Shown one piece after another: positions 27,544-37,336 of a stretch of DNA of 64,000 bases. The notes under the pieces are model-generated. The model did no database searches. It saw only the letters and a list, made by a program, of their open reading frames with translations, and was not told the DNA's origin. Both the position numbers and the translations under genes were made by a program. The stretch is from Betaproteobacteria bacterium (lineage in GTDB: Bacteria > Pseudomonadota > Gammaproteobacteria > Burkholderiales > SG8-41). Location: the NCBI GenBank assembly GCA_947486575.1, contig CANKUB010000009.1, forward strand, positions 8,649 to 72,648, read 5' to 3'. The first letter of the stretch is position 1; each line of letters opens with the position of its first letter.

Positions 27544-28626
27544 ATGTCAGGCAGCGGAACAACCACCATCTTTGCGGGCGCAGGCACGGGCGAAGGCAAG
27601 ACCAAGGGCATGTATCGCGGCGGGTTGTTCTGCCGCAGTGCCGGTGCGGGCGAGTGGCATGCCGTGACTGCGGGATTGCCCGAGAATGTTGAAGTGCGAA
27701 CCATCGTGGTGAGTCCGCACGACGCCAATGTGATATTCGTCGGCACACAGGACGGCCCTTACCGCAGCATTGACGGCGGCGTTCATTGGGAAAAGCCAGG
27801 GTTCCCGGACAAGAATGCGGTGATCTGGACTATGTCCGTGCATCCGACGAACCCGAAGATCGTTTACGCGGGCGCAGCGCCGGTGGTGGTCTACCGCAGT
27901 GAAGACGGCGGTGACAACTGGAAGCCCCTACCCACAGCAAAGTCCCCCGCACACTGCGAGCGCGGGGGCTTCGACACGCGCACCATACGCATCACCGTTG
28001 ACCCCAGTCGGCCTGATGATTTGTATGTTGCCATTGAAGTCAGCGGCGTGATTCGCAGCAGCGACGGCGGCGAAACATTCAGCGACGTGTCGGGCCCGCT
28101 GATTGACCTTGCGCGTAACAACAAACACCTGCAAAGCGCCATTGGCGGACGCCACTGCGGCATCTGCGAAGGCATGCTGGATTCACACGCGATGGCCATC
28201 AGCCCCGCTGCGCCGGGCACGCCGTTTCTTGCCGTGCGCATGGGCATTTTTCGCAGTGATGATCGCGGCGGGAATTGGCAGGACATTAACGTAGGCCAGT
28301 ATTCGCCACTGACCTATTGCCGCGACGTAATTGTTTCACCGCACAATCCGCGCACCCTGTACGCTGCGCTGTCACAAGCGGCATTCAGCACAGCGGGCTC
28401 ACTCTACCGCAGCGATGACCTCGCGCAAACCTGGAAACGTATCGACCACGGTGTCAATGCAGAATCCACGGTGATGACACTTTCCACGCACCCCACTGAT
28501 CCGGGGCGCCTCTATAGCGCAACGCGTAGCGGGCAAGTCATCGGCACCGAGGATAACGGCGTAACGTGGCAGGATTATCGGTTGCCACAGGGTGTGCAGG
28601 ATGTGTACGCGGTGGCGTGTATTTAG
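27544..28626 (+). CDS. BNR/Asp-box repeat beta-propeller protein (Ycf48/sialidase-like)
   Basis: Six Asp-box-like repeats: SIDGGVHW, SEDGGDNW, SSDGGETF, SDDRGGNW, SDDLAQTW, TEDNGVTW. No obvious signal peptide. Confidence 0.75.
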   Translation: MSGSGTTTIFAGAGTGEGKTKGMYRGGLFCRSAGAGEWHAVTAGLPENVEVRTIVVSPHDANVIFVGTQDGPYRSIDGGVHWEKPGFPDKNAVIWTMSVHPTNPKIVYAGAAPVVVYRSEDGGDNWKPLPTAKSPAHCERGGFDTRTIRITVDPSRPDDLYVAIEVSGVIRSSDGGETFSDVSGPLIDLARNNKHLQSAIGGRHCGICEGMLDSHAMAISPAAPGTPFLAVRMGIFRSDDRGGNWQDINVGQYSPLTYCRDVIVSPHNPRTLYAALSQAAFSTAGSLYRSDDLAQTWKRIDHGVNAESTVMTLSTHPTDPGRLYSATRSGQVIGTEDNGVTWQDYRLPQGVQDVYAVACI

Positions 28627-28631
28627 GTTTT

Positions 28632-29600
28632 TTACCCTGGCTGATTGAGGCTGCGAATCAGTTTGCCCCAGCGCGCCATGTCGCTGCGTATCACGTCGCT
28701 GAATTCACGCGGCGAGTTGGCGATGGTGCTGATACCGAGTTCCATCACAAGTTTGCGGATGTCCGGCGCGGTAATGGCGGTAACCATATCGCTGTGAAGT
28801 TTACTGACAATGGTCTGCGACGTGCCTGCAGGCGCAAGCACGCCGTACCAGGTGCTCGCTTCAAAACCCGGAACGCCGGATTCCGCCACCGTGGGAATTC
28901 CCGGCAGCGCGGGCCAGCGTTGCGGACTGCTGATGGCAATGGCGCGCAAACGTCCGCTTTGCAGATAGTTCAGTGTGGTGGATACCGCGCCGAACATGAG
29001 TTGCACGTGTCCCCCGGTCAAATCGATGACGGCCGGTCCGCTACCTTTATAGGGCACATGCGTAAGCTTCATGCCGGTGATTGATTTCAACAGTTCCATT
29101 GCAAGGTAAGGCGAGGTGCCCGTGCCGCTGGACGCGAATGCCAAGTCATTGGGTCGTGACTTGGCGAGCGCAATGAGTTCCGTCAAATTCTTCACCGGTA
29201 GCGCCGGATGCAACAGCAGTAGATTGGGGTTACTGCCGAGTAGCGTGACGGGCGCGAAATCCTTGACGGCGTCGTAGGCGAGCTTGCGTTGAAACGGGGT
29301 GATGGTGTGCGCGTTGGACACCATCACCAGCGTGTAGCCGTCGGCAGCCGACTTGGCCACGATCTCGGTGGCGATGCTGCCATCCGCGCCGGGGCGGTTT
29401 TCCACCACCAGCGGCTGCGGCCATATGTCCGCGAGCTTGCGGCTTAACACGCGCGACAGCGTGTCGGTGCCGCCGCCAGTACCAAAGCCCACAACCATGC
29501 GCACGGGTTTACCGGGAAAGACTTGCGCCAGTGCGCTGGAAGCGCCACCCGCAGCCACAGCAAAAAACGCCAATCCCAGTGCGCGATATAAAAATATCAT
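28632..29600 (-). CDS. Bug/TctC-family substrate-binding protein
   Basis: Signal peptide plus FPGKPVRMVVGFGTGGGTDTLSR. Confidence 0.9.
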   Translation of the reverse strand: MIFLYRALGLAFFAVAAGGASSALAQVFPGKPVRMVVGFGTGGGTDTLSRVLSRKLADIWPQPLVVENRPGADGSIATEIVAKSAADGYTLVMVSNAHTITPFQRKLAYDAVKDFAPVTLLGSNPNLLLLHPALPVKNLTELIALAKSRPNDLAFASSGTGTSPYLAMELLKSITGMKLTHVPYKGSGPAVIDLTGGHVQLMFGAVSTTLNYLQSGRLRAIAISSPQRWPALPGIPTVAESGVPGFEASTWYGVLAPAGTSQTIVSKLHSDMVTAITAPDIRKLVMELGISTIANSPREFSDVIRSDMARWGKLIRSLNQPG

Positions 29601-29618
29601 AATAAAAACAATCAGTTA
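29601..29618 (+). repeat. AT-rich intergenic motif copy
   Basis: AATAAAAACAATCAGTTA, filling the 15-nt gap between two minus-strand genes. It includes the TAA stop of one gene and abuts the ATG of the next. Confidence 0.6.
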
Positions 29619-30398
29619 CGATTTCTTTCGTGCTTTAAACGCATTCAGCCGCTGATTGAACTCTGGCGTATCGAACACAATTGCCATGTGTGAAGAAATC
29701 ATATCCAGATGAGCGGCGAGCGTGCCACCCGCAAGCCCGTGATACACGGCACGTTTCATCAATGACACGGCTTGTGGCGGCTGCGCTGCAATGCTGCGGG
29801 CAAGGGTTATGGCTTCGCTGCGCACGTTCGCATCGGGCACCACCCGGCTGACAATGCCGATGCGCTCGGCCTCAAGCGCATCGACCACGCGCCCCGTCCA
29901 CAGCATTTCGAGGGCGCGTGACACGCCCACCACGCGCGGCAAAAACCACGTGCCGCCGTCGCCGGAAATCACCCCCATGTTGATGTAACTCTCGGCGAAG
30001 GTGGACGACGCGGCACACAGGCGAATATCACACATCAGCGCCATGTCGAGACCTGCGCCACGTGCGGTGCCGTTGATCGCAGCAATCACCGGCACCTCGA
30101 GACGCTCCATTGCCAGCGGAATTTTCTGGATTTCTTTCCACAAATATTCCTTGCGTTCGACATTGTGTGCAGACTGCATCACCGTCATATCGGACGCATC
30201 GCCGCCCGCGCAAAATGCCCGTCCTGCACCGGTAAGCACAACTGCACGTGCCTGGGGATTATCAGCAATCTGTGCCAGTGCCTCGCGCCATTCAGCAACC
30301 ATTTGCCGGGAAAAAGCGTTCAAGCGATCCGGACGATTCAGCTCCAGTAGCGCCACGCCTTCGTCATCCACCGTAAGATTGATGCATTCAAACGCCAT
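29616..30398 (-). CDS. enoyl-CoA hydratase/isomerase family
   Basis: 260 aa; crotonase motifs (VVLTGAGRAFCAGGD, AAINGTARGAG). Confidence 0.85.
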   Translation of the reverse strand: MAFECINLTVDDEGVALLELNRPDRLNAFSRQMVAEWREALAQIADNPQARAVVLTGAGRAFCAGGDASDMTVMQSAHNVERKEYLWKEIQKIPLAMERLEVPVIAAINGTARGAGLDMALMCDIRLCAASSTFAESYINMGVISGDGGTWFLPRVVGVSRALEMLWTGRVVDALEAERIGIVSRVVPDANVRSEAITLARSIAAQPPQAVSLMKRAVYHGLAGGTLAAHLDMISSHMAIVFDTPEFNQRLNAFKARKKS

Positions 30399-30618
30399 GT
30401 CGACTCCCCACTAAATTGTTCTTGGATTTGCGTCGTATCGCTTCGCGCCGCCGACAATAACAGGCTTGCGCAACGGCAACAAGAATGTCGCCCGGTCACA
30501 AAACTGGTGTTCCAGATATCTTTGCGGAGCGAAACCACGTCTGCCGCTTCCGCCTTGACTCAATGACGGGAAAGCTTTTGCATTCGGCCGTGCAAACCTG
30601 ATGTATGGCTGTGTGAGT

Positions 30619-32034
30619 TCAAGCCACCGCACCCGCAATAGCGTCGGCCAGCGACTGCACGTCGGACAGGCTATCGATATTCAGGATCGCGTCGGCGAGT
30701 TCCGCAGCGCACGCATCGCTCACCTTGGCGTAACGAAGATTCGCCTTGAACTTGGCGAGCAGTTCGCCGTCACTCAGCGGGTTGTCAGGATGTCCCTTGG
30801 CGCTTGTCTGCGTCACTTCGCGCATGCCGAACGGACCGTGCGCGCGGATCGTGCAGCCGCCGATGACACACTGAGCAGCATCGGCTTGCGGATAGGGTGC
30901 GGCGCTGATTTTCGCGATCCATGCGCTGAGTTTTGGCGAAGGCGGTATTTCCTCGGCGAGCTGACGCGGCGTGACTTCGCCATACGCAAGCACATTCGCC
31001 ACGCACCAATACACGCTGAACTGCGCGTTGACGCGCGTCTGTGGCGCCCGCTTCTCGGCAACGTCACGGCCCACGACATCCAGCTCCTGCGGACCAATTA
31101 CCAGTTCAACGCGCTCGACATTCGCAACGTCGCTGCCAAGCAGCGCATGCAACTCAAGCGCCGCGCTGATCGCCGGATGGGTAAAACGGCAACTCGGGTA
31201 GGGCTTGATCGAGAGACGGTCGAATTCCCACGCCATGCCAAGCCCGCGCACAGCACGATCGGGCTCAAAGCGGTCATGCAGATAGACCCGGCTCAGGCCG
31301 TCTTCCCCGGTGAGTGGGTGCTTGACGCCCGGCAATCCCGTGCTACCCATCAGCGCCGCCGTAACGGCGTTCGCCGCTGCAAATCCGGGTTGCACATGTT
31401 TCGTCGGTGCACCTTCCCGCGTGGATTGATGATTGCCGCTGGCGAGGCAGTAAACGATGCCTAGAGCGTTGCGCAGCGCTTCCGCGCGTGGATCGATCAG
31501 TCGCGCTGCGGCCAGCGTCGCACCAAAATGACCAAACAGCGCCGTGTATATCCAGCCACCCTCAACGAGATTGAGCCGGGTCGCAACACCCAGCCTGCAG
31601 GTCAATTCGATACCCAGCAATACGGCCTCGCAGAGTTCCTTGCCGCTCACCGAGCCGCGCAAGCCCGCAACGGCGAACGCTGCTGGTATCGCTGCCGAAC
31701 CAGCGTGAAGGGCGGCTTCGTCATGCGTATCATCGAATTCGAGCACGTGGCCATAGTAGCCATTACACAGCGCCGCTGTAATTGCCGGGACGCGCGGCCC
31801 GCCGATAACGCGCGCGTCGGGCCGTCCGCCCGCATCGATTAAAACCTTGAGCCACGGCGGCAGTCCGGCCGCCGCGCGCCCCGCAATGGCCGCGCCGAGA
31901 TAGTCAAGCAGTTCGCGCCGCACGTTCGCGCGCGTGGCTTCCGGCACCTGTTCCCAACGCAACGATTGGGAAAGGGCAATGAATGCGTCGAGCGTTTGTT
32001 CGGGGGCTGCGGGTTTGTTGTGTGCTGTGTCCAT
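30619..32034 (-). CDS. MmgE/PrpD-family protein (2-methylcitrate dehydratase-like)
   Basis: 471 aa. Family-typical N-terminal region (VRRELLDYLGAAIAG ... LEFDDTHD). Confidence 0.9.
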   Translation of the reverse strand: MDTAHNKPAAPEQTLDAFIALSQSLRWEQVPEATRANVRRELLDYLGAAIAGRAAAGLPPWLKVLIDAGGRPDARVIGGPRVPAITAALCNGYYGHVLEFDDTHDEAALHAGSAAIPAAFAVAGLRGSVSGKELCEAVLLGIELTCRLGVATRLNLVEGGWIYTALFGHFGATLAAARLIDPRAEALRNALGIVYCLASGNHQSTREGAPTKHVQPGFAAANAVTAALMGSTGLPGVKHPLTGEDGLSRVYLHDRFEPDRAVRGLGMAWEFDRLSIKPYPSCRFTHPAISAALELHALLGSDVANVERVELVIGPQELDVVGRDVAEKRAPQTRVNAQFSVYWCVANVLAYGEVTPRQLAEEIPPSPKLSAWIAKISAAPYPQADAAQCVIGGCTIRAHGPFGMREVTQTSAKGHPDNPLSDGELLAKFKANLRYAKVSDACAAELADAILNIDSLSDVQSLADAIAGAVA

Positions 32035-32236
32035 AAGTGTCTTTCTTAATACTCTACTTTCAGCAAGGAACTTTGTGCGTTTCAGGATGGATCATGCAAG
32101 TGATCGACGCAATCAGAAGCGGCGTGTGGCGAGCACGCAAGCGAGTGTCAGCCAGCGGTGTTGGGTTCCTGCACGACTATGCGCCTCCCGGTGCTAATTG
32201 GAACTCAAGATCAGTTTAGTCCGCTGTCGGCAAACC

Positions 32237-32292
32237 TGTCAAATCATTTAGATCATTTGACATATGCAAAGCGCCAAAGATATTATTGGCGC
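32237..32292. promoter_or_regulatory. two palindromes directly upstream of the CoA-transferase start (candidate GntR/FadR-type operator)
   Basis: TGTCAAAT-N10-ATTTGACA (32237-32262) and GCGCCAA-N8-TTGGCGC (32271-32292, ending at ATG 32293). They sit in the divergent region between the prpD-like and CoA-transferase operons, and a GntR gene lies 2 kb downstream. Confidence 0.35.
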
Positions 32293-33546
32293 ATGCCTAA
32301 TCGTTCCGGCCTCAGCAGCGCATTCGATTTCTCGCCACACGTCCGTGACGGCGACACGGTGACATGGCTGCAAGGCACCGGGGAGCCTTTGGGTCTAACC
32401 AATCGTCTCGTCGCGCAACGACACGCACTTCCGCCGCTCGAACTGTTCGTCGGCATGATGTCGAGCAAGACTCTCAGGCCCGAGCATGCCGACCGCTTAC
32501 GATTTCGCGGTCTCAACGGTGCTGGCACCGCCCGCAACCTCACTGCGGCGAACCTGCTGGATATCGTTCCTGCCTATGTATCGGCCGTGCCCGGCCTCAT
32601 CCGCTCCGGTGTCATCAAGGTCGACGTTGTGCTCCTGCGCGTACGGCCGCATCCGAAGCCCGGCTATTTTACCGTGGGCGTCATGGCAGATTTTCTGCCA
32701 GCAATGGTACAGGCAGCACGCTGTGTGATCGCCGAGATTGACGACCGTCTGCCAATGACCGCACAGGATGCACTGGTCGCCGCGGAAGATATCGACGTTC
32801 TGACGGAATGCGATGCGGACGAGGTGCTGATGCCCGACCCTGAGCCAACAGATATCGACATGCGGGTCGCTTCACATGTCGCGGGGCTGATACCGGATGG
32901 CGCAACGATACAGCTCGGCGTTGGCGGATTGCCGGTGGCCGTATGCCGGGCGCTTCTGCACCATAAAGACCTCGGCGTGCATAGCGGCGTTATTTCGGAC
33001 ATCGTCGTTGATCTGGTGGAAAAAGGTGTGATCACCAATGCGCGCAAGGGAATTGATGCCGGTCGAATCGTCACCGGCGGGCTTTTCGGCAGCCGCCGCC
33101 TGATGAATTTCGCCGACGGAAACTCCAAGGTCGAAATCCGCTGTTCCGAATACACACACAACCAGCAGGTGTTGTCGCGGCTGCCAAACCTGTACGCTAT
33201 CAATTCCGGTGTCGAAGTTGATCTGACCGGGAACGTAAATTCGGAAATCGCGGCGGGGCGTTATCTCGGCGCCATCGGTGGGCTGCCGGATTTTGTTCGA
33301 GGCGCCGTCGCCTCGCCGGGCGGGCGCGCCATTATTGCGGTCCCGTCGACAACGCCCGACGGCAAGCATTCGCGCATCGTTGCATCGCTTGCAGGCCAGC
33401 CGATCAGCATCCCGCGCGGCGATATCGACATCGTAGTTACCGAATACGGTGTTGCCGAGCTGCGCGGGCGCTCGTTCAGCGAGCGTGCCAAACGCCTGCG
33501 CGCCATTGCGCATCCCGATTTCCGGGATCAATTTCAATTCAATTAG
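32293..33546 (+). CDS. acetyl-CoA hydrolase/transferase-family (family I, 4-hydroxybutyrate-CoA-transferase-like) CoA-transferase
   Basis: About 418 aa from ATG 32293 (MPNRSG...DGDTV...). The ORF-track start at 32158 would place both palindromes inside the coding sequence. Confidence 0.8.
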   Translation: MPNRSGLSSAFDFSPHVRDGDTVTWLQGTGEPLGLTNRLVAQRHALPPLELFVGMMSSKTLRPEHADRLRFRGLNGAGTARNLTAANLLDIVPAYVSAVPGLIRSGVIKVDVVLLRVRPHPKPGYFTVGVMADFLPAMVQAARCVIAEIDDRLPMTAQDALVAAEDIDVLTECDADEVLMPDPEPTDIDMRVASHVAGLIPDGATIQLGVGGLPVAVCRALLHHKDLGVHSGVISDIVVDLVEKGVITNARKGIDAGRIVTGGLFGSRRLMNFADGNSKVEIRCSEYTHNQQVLSRLPNLYAINSGVEVDLTGNVNSEIAAGRYLGAIGGLPDFVRGAVASPGGRAIIAVPSTTPDGKHSRIVASLAGQPISIPRGDIDIVVTEYGVAELRGRSFSERAKRLRAIAHPDFRDQFQFN

Positions 33547-33555
33547 GAACAGCAC

Positions 33556-34359
33556 ATGCAAGCAGACTCAGGCGTCGTCGTTGAAAAAGTCCCGGAGGGC
33601 ATTGTACAGATCCGTCTGAACCGGCCCGACCGCCTCAATGCTCTCGGCGTCGATATGGTGGATGCACTATTGGCCGCAATCACAGATGCGGTGGCCAGTC
33701 AGGCGTGCGTGATTCTGATCCGCGGCACCGGGCGCGCCTTTTGTTCGGGGGCGGACCTGAAGGAACGCCGCACGATGGATGAAGCCGCACGTGTTAAACA
33801 CAATCGCGCCATCAATGCGGCGGTTGATGCACTGGGCGCGGCACCCATGCCGACCGTCTGCGCCATCAATGGGTTGGCGCTCGGTGGCGGTTGCGAAATG
33901 GCGCTGGCCTGCGATTTGAGATACGCCGCGGAAGATGCCCAGATCGGCCTCACGGAAGCACGCATTGGCGCAATTCCTGGCGCAGGAGGCACGCAACGCA
34001 TGCCGCGTGTCATTGGCGCGACGCGCGCACTGGAACTGATACTCACGGGCGAACCCATCACCGGCAAGCGCGCCGAGGAAATCGGTCTTATCAATGGCGC
34101 GGTTGCTGCCGACAAACTCGACGCCCATGTGATGAGAATAGCGACCGTGCTGGCCTCGCGTTCGCCCTCCGGCGCACAGACGGCCAAGCGTTTGATTTAC
34201 CGCGGCCTCGAAACAACACTCGCCGATGGCCTTAAACTGGAAGCGGGCGCGCTTCGCGACATTCTGACGTCGGCTGACTATGCGGAAGGGCTCGCGGCAT
34301 TCGCGGAGAAGCGGACGCCGCGTTTTGGCGGTAACGCGGGCAAAGGCGAGGTCAAGTGA
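33556..34359 (+). CDS. enoyl-CoA hydratase/isomerase family
   Basis: 267 aa; crotonase motifs (ILIRGTGRAFCSGADL, CAINGLALGGG). Confidence 0.85.
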   Translation: MQADSGVVVEKVPEGIVQIRLNRPDRLNALGVDMVDALLAAITDAVASQACVILIRGTGRAFCSGADLKERRTMDEAARVKHNRAINAAVDALGAAPMPTVCAINGLALGGGCEMALACDLRYAAEDAQIGLTEARIGAIPGAGGTQRMPRVIGATRALELILTGEPITGKRAEEIGLINGAVAADKLDAHVMRIATVLASRSPSGAQTAKRLIYRGLETTLADGLKLEAGALRDILTSADYAEGLAAFAEKRTPRFGGNAGKGEVK

Positions 34360-35117
34360 GCCGCTCAGTAAGCACCCACCGCAGCAAGGCTGAGCACGTC
34401 GCGCAACAGTTGCTGGACCGTATTATCGCTGCCAAGTTAAAGCCCGGCAGCAGCTTCGCCACTGAAGCCGACCTGCTCACCCAGTTCAATGTGAGCCGGC
34501 CGACGCTGCGGGAAAGTCTGAAATTGCTTGAATCGCAAGGCGTCCTCGAGCGCCGCCCCGGTCCGGGCGGCGGCATTATCGTCCGCGAACCCAGCACGGA
34601 TTTGCTGGCGCACAGTCTTTCCGTTTTTCTGCGCCTGCACGAAGTGCCTTTTGCGACCGTACTCAAGGCGCGCGAGGTGATCGAGCCTGCCCTGACGTAT
34701 GAGGCAGCCGTAAACGGAACGGTCGAAGACTTTGCCGAGCTGGAATCCTCCATCGCGCGCATGAAAGCGCTTGATGCGCAGCGCGAGCAGGAGGCTTTTA
34801 TTGAAGAAAATCGCGTGTTCCACAGCATCATCGCCCGCGCCGGTGGCAACAAGGTATTGGAAGTTTTCTGGAACACCATTAGCATCCTCGCCGCCGGGGA
34901 GCATCACGGCATCCACTATTCGATAGGCAACCAGACACATGTACTGCAAGCGCACCAGCGCATTCTCGACGCCTGCCGGCGGCGCGACGGCCATGCGGCT
35001 GCAGCCGAAATGGAAAGACACGTGGGCGCGCTGGAAAATCTGGTGCGCCAACGTTACCAGCATCTCTTGAAACATCCGACCAGTGTTATCGAACGGCCCG
35101 GCCGCTTGATCGCATAA
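34356..35117 (+). CDS. GntR-family transcriptional regulator (FadR/FCD subfamily)
   Basis: N-terminal winged HTH (LLTQFNVSRPTLRESLKLLESQGVL) plus an FCD-like C-terminal domain. GTGA overlap with the upstream stop. Confidence 0.9.
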   Translation: MSRSVSTHRSKAEHVAQQLLDRIIAAKLKPGSSFATEADLLTQFNVSRPTLRESLKLLESQGVLERRPGPGGGIIVREPSTDLLAHSLSVFLRLHEVPFATVLKAREVIEPALTYEAAVNGTVEDFAELESSIARMKALDAQREQEAFIEENRVFHSIIARAGGNKVLEVFWNTISILAAGEHHGIHYSIGNQTHVLQAHQRILDACRRRDGHAAAAEMERHVGALENLVRQRYQHLLKHPTSVIERPGRLIA

Positions 35118-35170
35118 TCGAACATTTAACGGAGTGCTAAAGTCGGCACTTCATCCAACAGGAGCTTTTT

Positions 35171-36337
35171 ATGATGCACTTCGAACTGACCCAAGAACAG
35201 CGCAGCATGGTGAATACGGTACGCGAGCTGACGCAGGAAGTCTTCAAGCCGAACGCGTTGAAATATATGGACGGCACCTTCCCCTGGGACAATTTCAAGG
35301 AGCTGGCGAAAATCGGCGTTCTTGGCATGGCCATTCCAGAGGAATACGGCGGACTCGGCTTGCCGGTGCTGGATACTGCACTGGTACTCGAAGAGGTCTC
35401 AAAAGGCTGTTACGTGACAGCGATGGACCTGATGGGCGAAGTCGGCACACAGGCACGTATCATTGCCACGTACGCCCCGGAGAGCATCAAACAGCGGCTA
35501 CTGCCAGGCGTGTGTACCTCCGAGGTGATTCTCGCCATCTGCATGACCGAACCCCATGCCGGCACCGATGTTGGCAACTACCGCACCAACACGGAGATCA
35601 AGGGCGACAGGATCATTTTGAACGGCGTCAAAACGCTGATCAGCCGCGTCGACGAGGCGCAGGCTTTTGTGGTGTTCACCCGCGTGAACAAACTGCCGGG
35701 GATTAACGGGATCGGTTGCGTGCTGATCGAACGCGGCACACCTGGCTTTGAATGCACCGCGCGCTATCACACCATGGGCGGCGAAAATCTGGCGGAGATC
35801 CGCTTTGATAACTGTGAACTGCCGCTGGAAAATCTGATTCTCAAGGAAGGTGGCTTTCGCAAGATGATCAGCGCATTCAACACGCAGCGCTGCCTCAACC
35901 CCAGCGTATCGCTGGGCCTGGCCGAAGGCGCGCTGGAAGAAGCCGTCAAGTACGCGCGCGACCGCAGCGCTTTCGGGCGACCCATCGGTGAGTTTCAGGC
36001 GATACGTCATAAGCTCGCCGAAATGTACCGCGACATCGAAGCCAGCCGTTCCGTGCTGTATCGCGCGGCGGCATCGGCGAATCCGTTTCCTGACCCCTAC
36101 CTTTCCGCAGTGGCAAAAATCACCGTGAACGAAATGGCGTTGCGCGTGACCAGCGATGCGATTCAGGTACACGGCGGTTATGGTTTCACCGACGAATTTC
36201 CGGTCTCGCGCTTTTATCGCGGCGCGCGTTACGGCACGCTCGGCGGCGGCACCACCGAGACGCTAAAAGAACTGATCGGCAAAAAACTGCTGAGCGATTT
36301 CCCGATCAACGGTTTCCTAGGCATGGGTAATTTCTAA
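35171..36337 (+). CDS. acyl-CoA dehydrogenase
   Basis: 388 aa. ACAD motifs (ICMTEPHAGTD, QVHGGYGFTDEF). Confidence 0.9.
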   Translation: MMHFELTQEQRSMVNTVRELTQEVFKPNALKYMDGTFPWDNFKELAKIGVLGMAIPEEYGGLGLPVLDTALVLEEVSKGCYVTAMDLMGEVGTQARIIATYAPESIKQRLLPGVCTSEVILAICMTEPHAGTDVGNYRTNTEIKGDRIILNGVKTLISRVDEAQAFVVFTRVNKLPGINGIGCVLIERGTPGFECTARYHTMGGENLAEIRFDNCELPLENLILKEGGFRKMISAFNTQRCLNPSVSLGLAEGALEEAVKYARDRSAFGRPIGEFQAIRHKLAEMYRDIEASRSVLYRAAASANPFPDPYLSAVAKITVNEMALRVTSDAIQVHGGYGFTDEFPVSRFYRGARYGTLGGGTTETLKELIGKKLLSDFPINGFLGMGNF

Positions 36338-36351
36338 TACGCCAATCCATG

Positions 36352-36384
36352 GAAATAAAATTCAATAAAATCATATAGTTACGA
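36352..36384 (+). repeat. AT-rich intergenic motif copy (long form)
   Basis: GAAATAAAATTCAATAAAATCATATAGTTACGA. It resembles the vapBC-flanking repeats. Confidence 0.55.
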
Positions 36385-36411
36385 TTCTACGCAAAAGGCA
36401 TCCAGAAAACC

Positions 36412-37278
36412 ATGCGTTCCCTACTTTTCGTTCCGGGCGACGACGAACGCAAGATCGCCAAAGGACTGGCCTCTGCCGCTGACGCGCTGATTCTCGATCT
36501 GGAAGACGCGGTGGCGCCGCAACGCAAGGCCGCCGCGCGCGAGCTATGCGCCGCCACGCTGGCATCAGGAAACGCACGCATGAAGCTGTTTGTGCGCATC
36601 AACGCACTGGATACGCCCGCGGCGTTGCTTGATCTCGCCGCCGTGGTCAAAGCCCGGCCATTTGGCATCATGCTGCCGAAATGCCGCAGCGGAGAAGACG
36701 CGCGGCTGGTCTCGCACTATCTGACCGCGCTCGAGGCGCGCGATGGCTTACCTGCTAGCGACATTCGCATCCTGCCCATCGTCACCGAAACCGGCGGCTC
36801 GATGTTTGGCCTGGGCAGTTACGACAACCCGCCGATACCCCGGCTCTACGGCATGCTGTGGGGCGGCGAGGACTTGGCAGCGGACTTGGGTGCCATCACC
36901 AATCGCGATGAAGATGGTCGTTATGCAGCGCCGTATCTGCTGGCTCGGTCGCTGTGCCTGTTCGCAGCGGCGGCAAGTTCAGCCATCGCCGTCGATGCCG
37001 TCTACACCAACTTTCGTGATCCGGCGGGCCTGAAACAGGAAGCGATTGCCGGATTGCGCAGCGGTTTTTCCGCCAAGGCCGCCATACATCCCGATCAGAT
37101 CAGCGTTATCAACGAAGCCTTCACCCCGACTGCAGCGGACATCGAAGCCGCGCAGCAGGTCATCGCTGCATTTGACGCTTCGCCCGGCGCCGGCGTCGTT
37201 TCAGTGGGCGGCAAAATGCTGGACCGGCCACACTACCGTACCGCACAGCGGGTGTTGGCACGCGCGGCAGGCGCATAG
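36412..37278 (+). CDS. HpcH/HpaI aldolase - citrate lyase beta (CitE)-like acyl-CoA lyase
   Basis: 288 aa. The N-terminus MRSLLFVPGDDERKIAK...DALILDLEDAV is typical of CitE / (citra)malyl-CoA lyases. Confidence 0.85.
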   Translation: MRSLLFVPGDDERKIAKGLASAADALILDLEDAVAPQRKAAARELCAATLASGNARMKLFVRINALDTPAALLDLAAVVKARPFGIMLPKCRSGEDARLVSHYLTALEARDGLPASDIRILPIVTETGGSMFGLGSYDNPPIPRLYGMLWGGEDLAADLGAITNRDEDGRYAAPYLLARSLCLFAAAASSAIAVDAVYTNFRDPAGLKQEAIAGLRSGFSAKAAIHPDQISVINEAFTPTAADIEAAQQVIAAFDASPGAGVVSVGGKMLDRPHYRTAQRVLARAAGA

Positions 37279-37336
37279 CCGGGCACCCGCGCTACACTAC
37301 AATCCATCAGTTACGTTCCACCGTCCCGGAGGCAGT

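Noticed and set aside
30601-31464. Long antisense ORFs overlapping well-supported genes (also 8287-9153, 40350-41048, 46065-47234, 54794-55549, 63297-63908 and many others in the track)
   Set aside because: These are shadow ORFs typical of high-GC DNA. Their translations are Arg/Ala/Gly/His-rich with no recognisable motifs, and each is fully contained in a gene with clear family signatures on the other strand.
37046-37336. N-terminal 97-aa extension of the CaiB-type transferase overlapping citE (similarly 10288-10395, 18673-18783, 32158-32292, 43940-43987, 44935-44973, 55658-55855, 61134-61325)
   Set aside because: The extensions overlap upstream genes, are low-complexity, and precede better-placed start codons (coupled ATGA/GTGA overlaps or SD-preceded starts).
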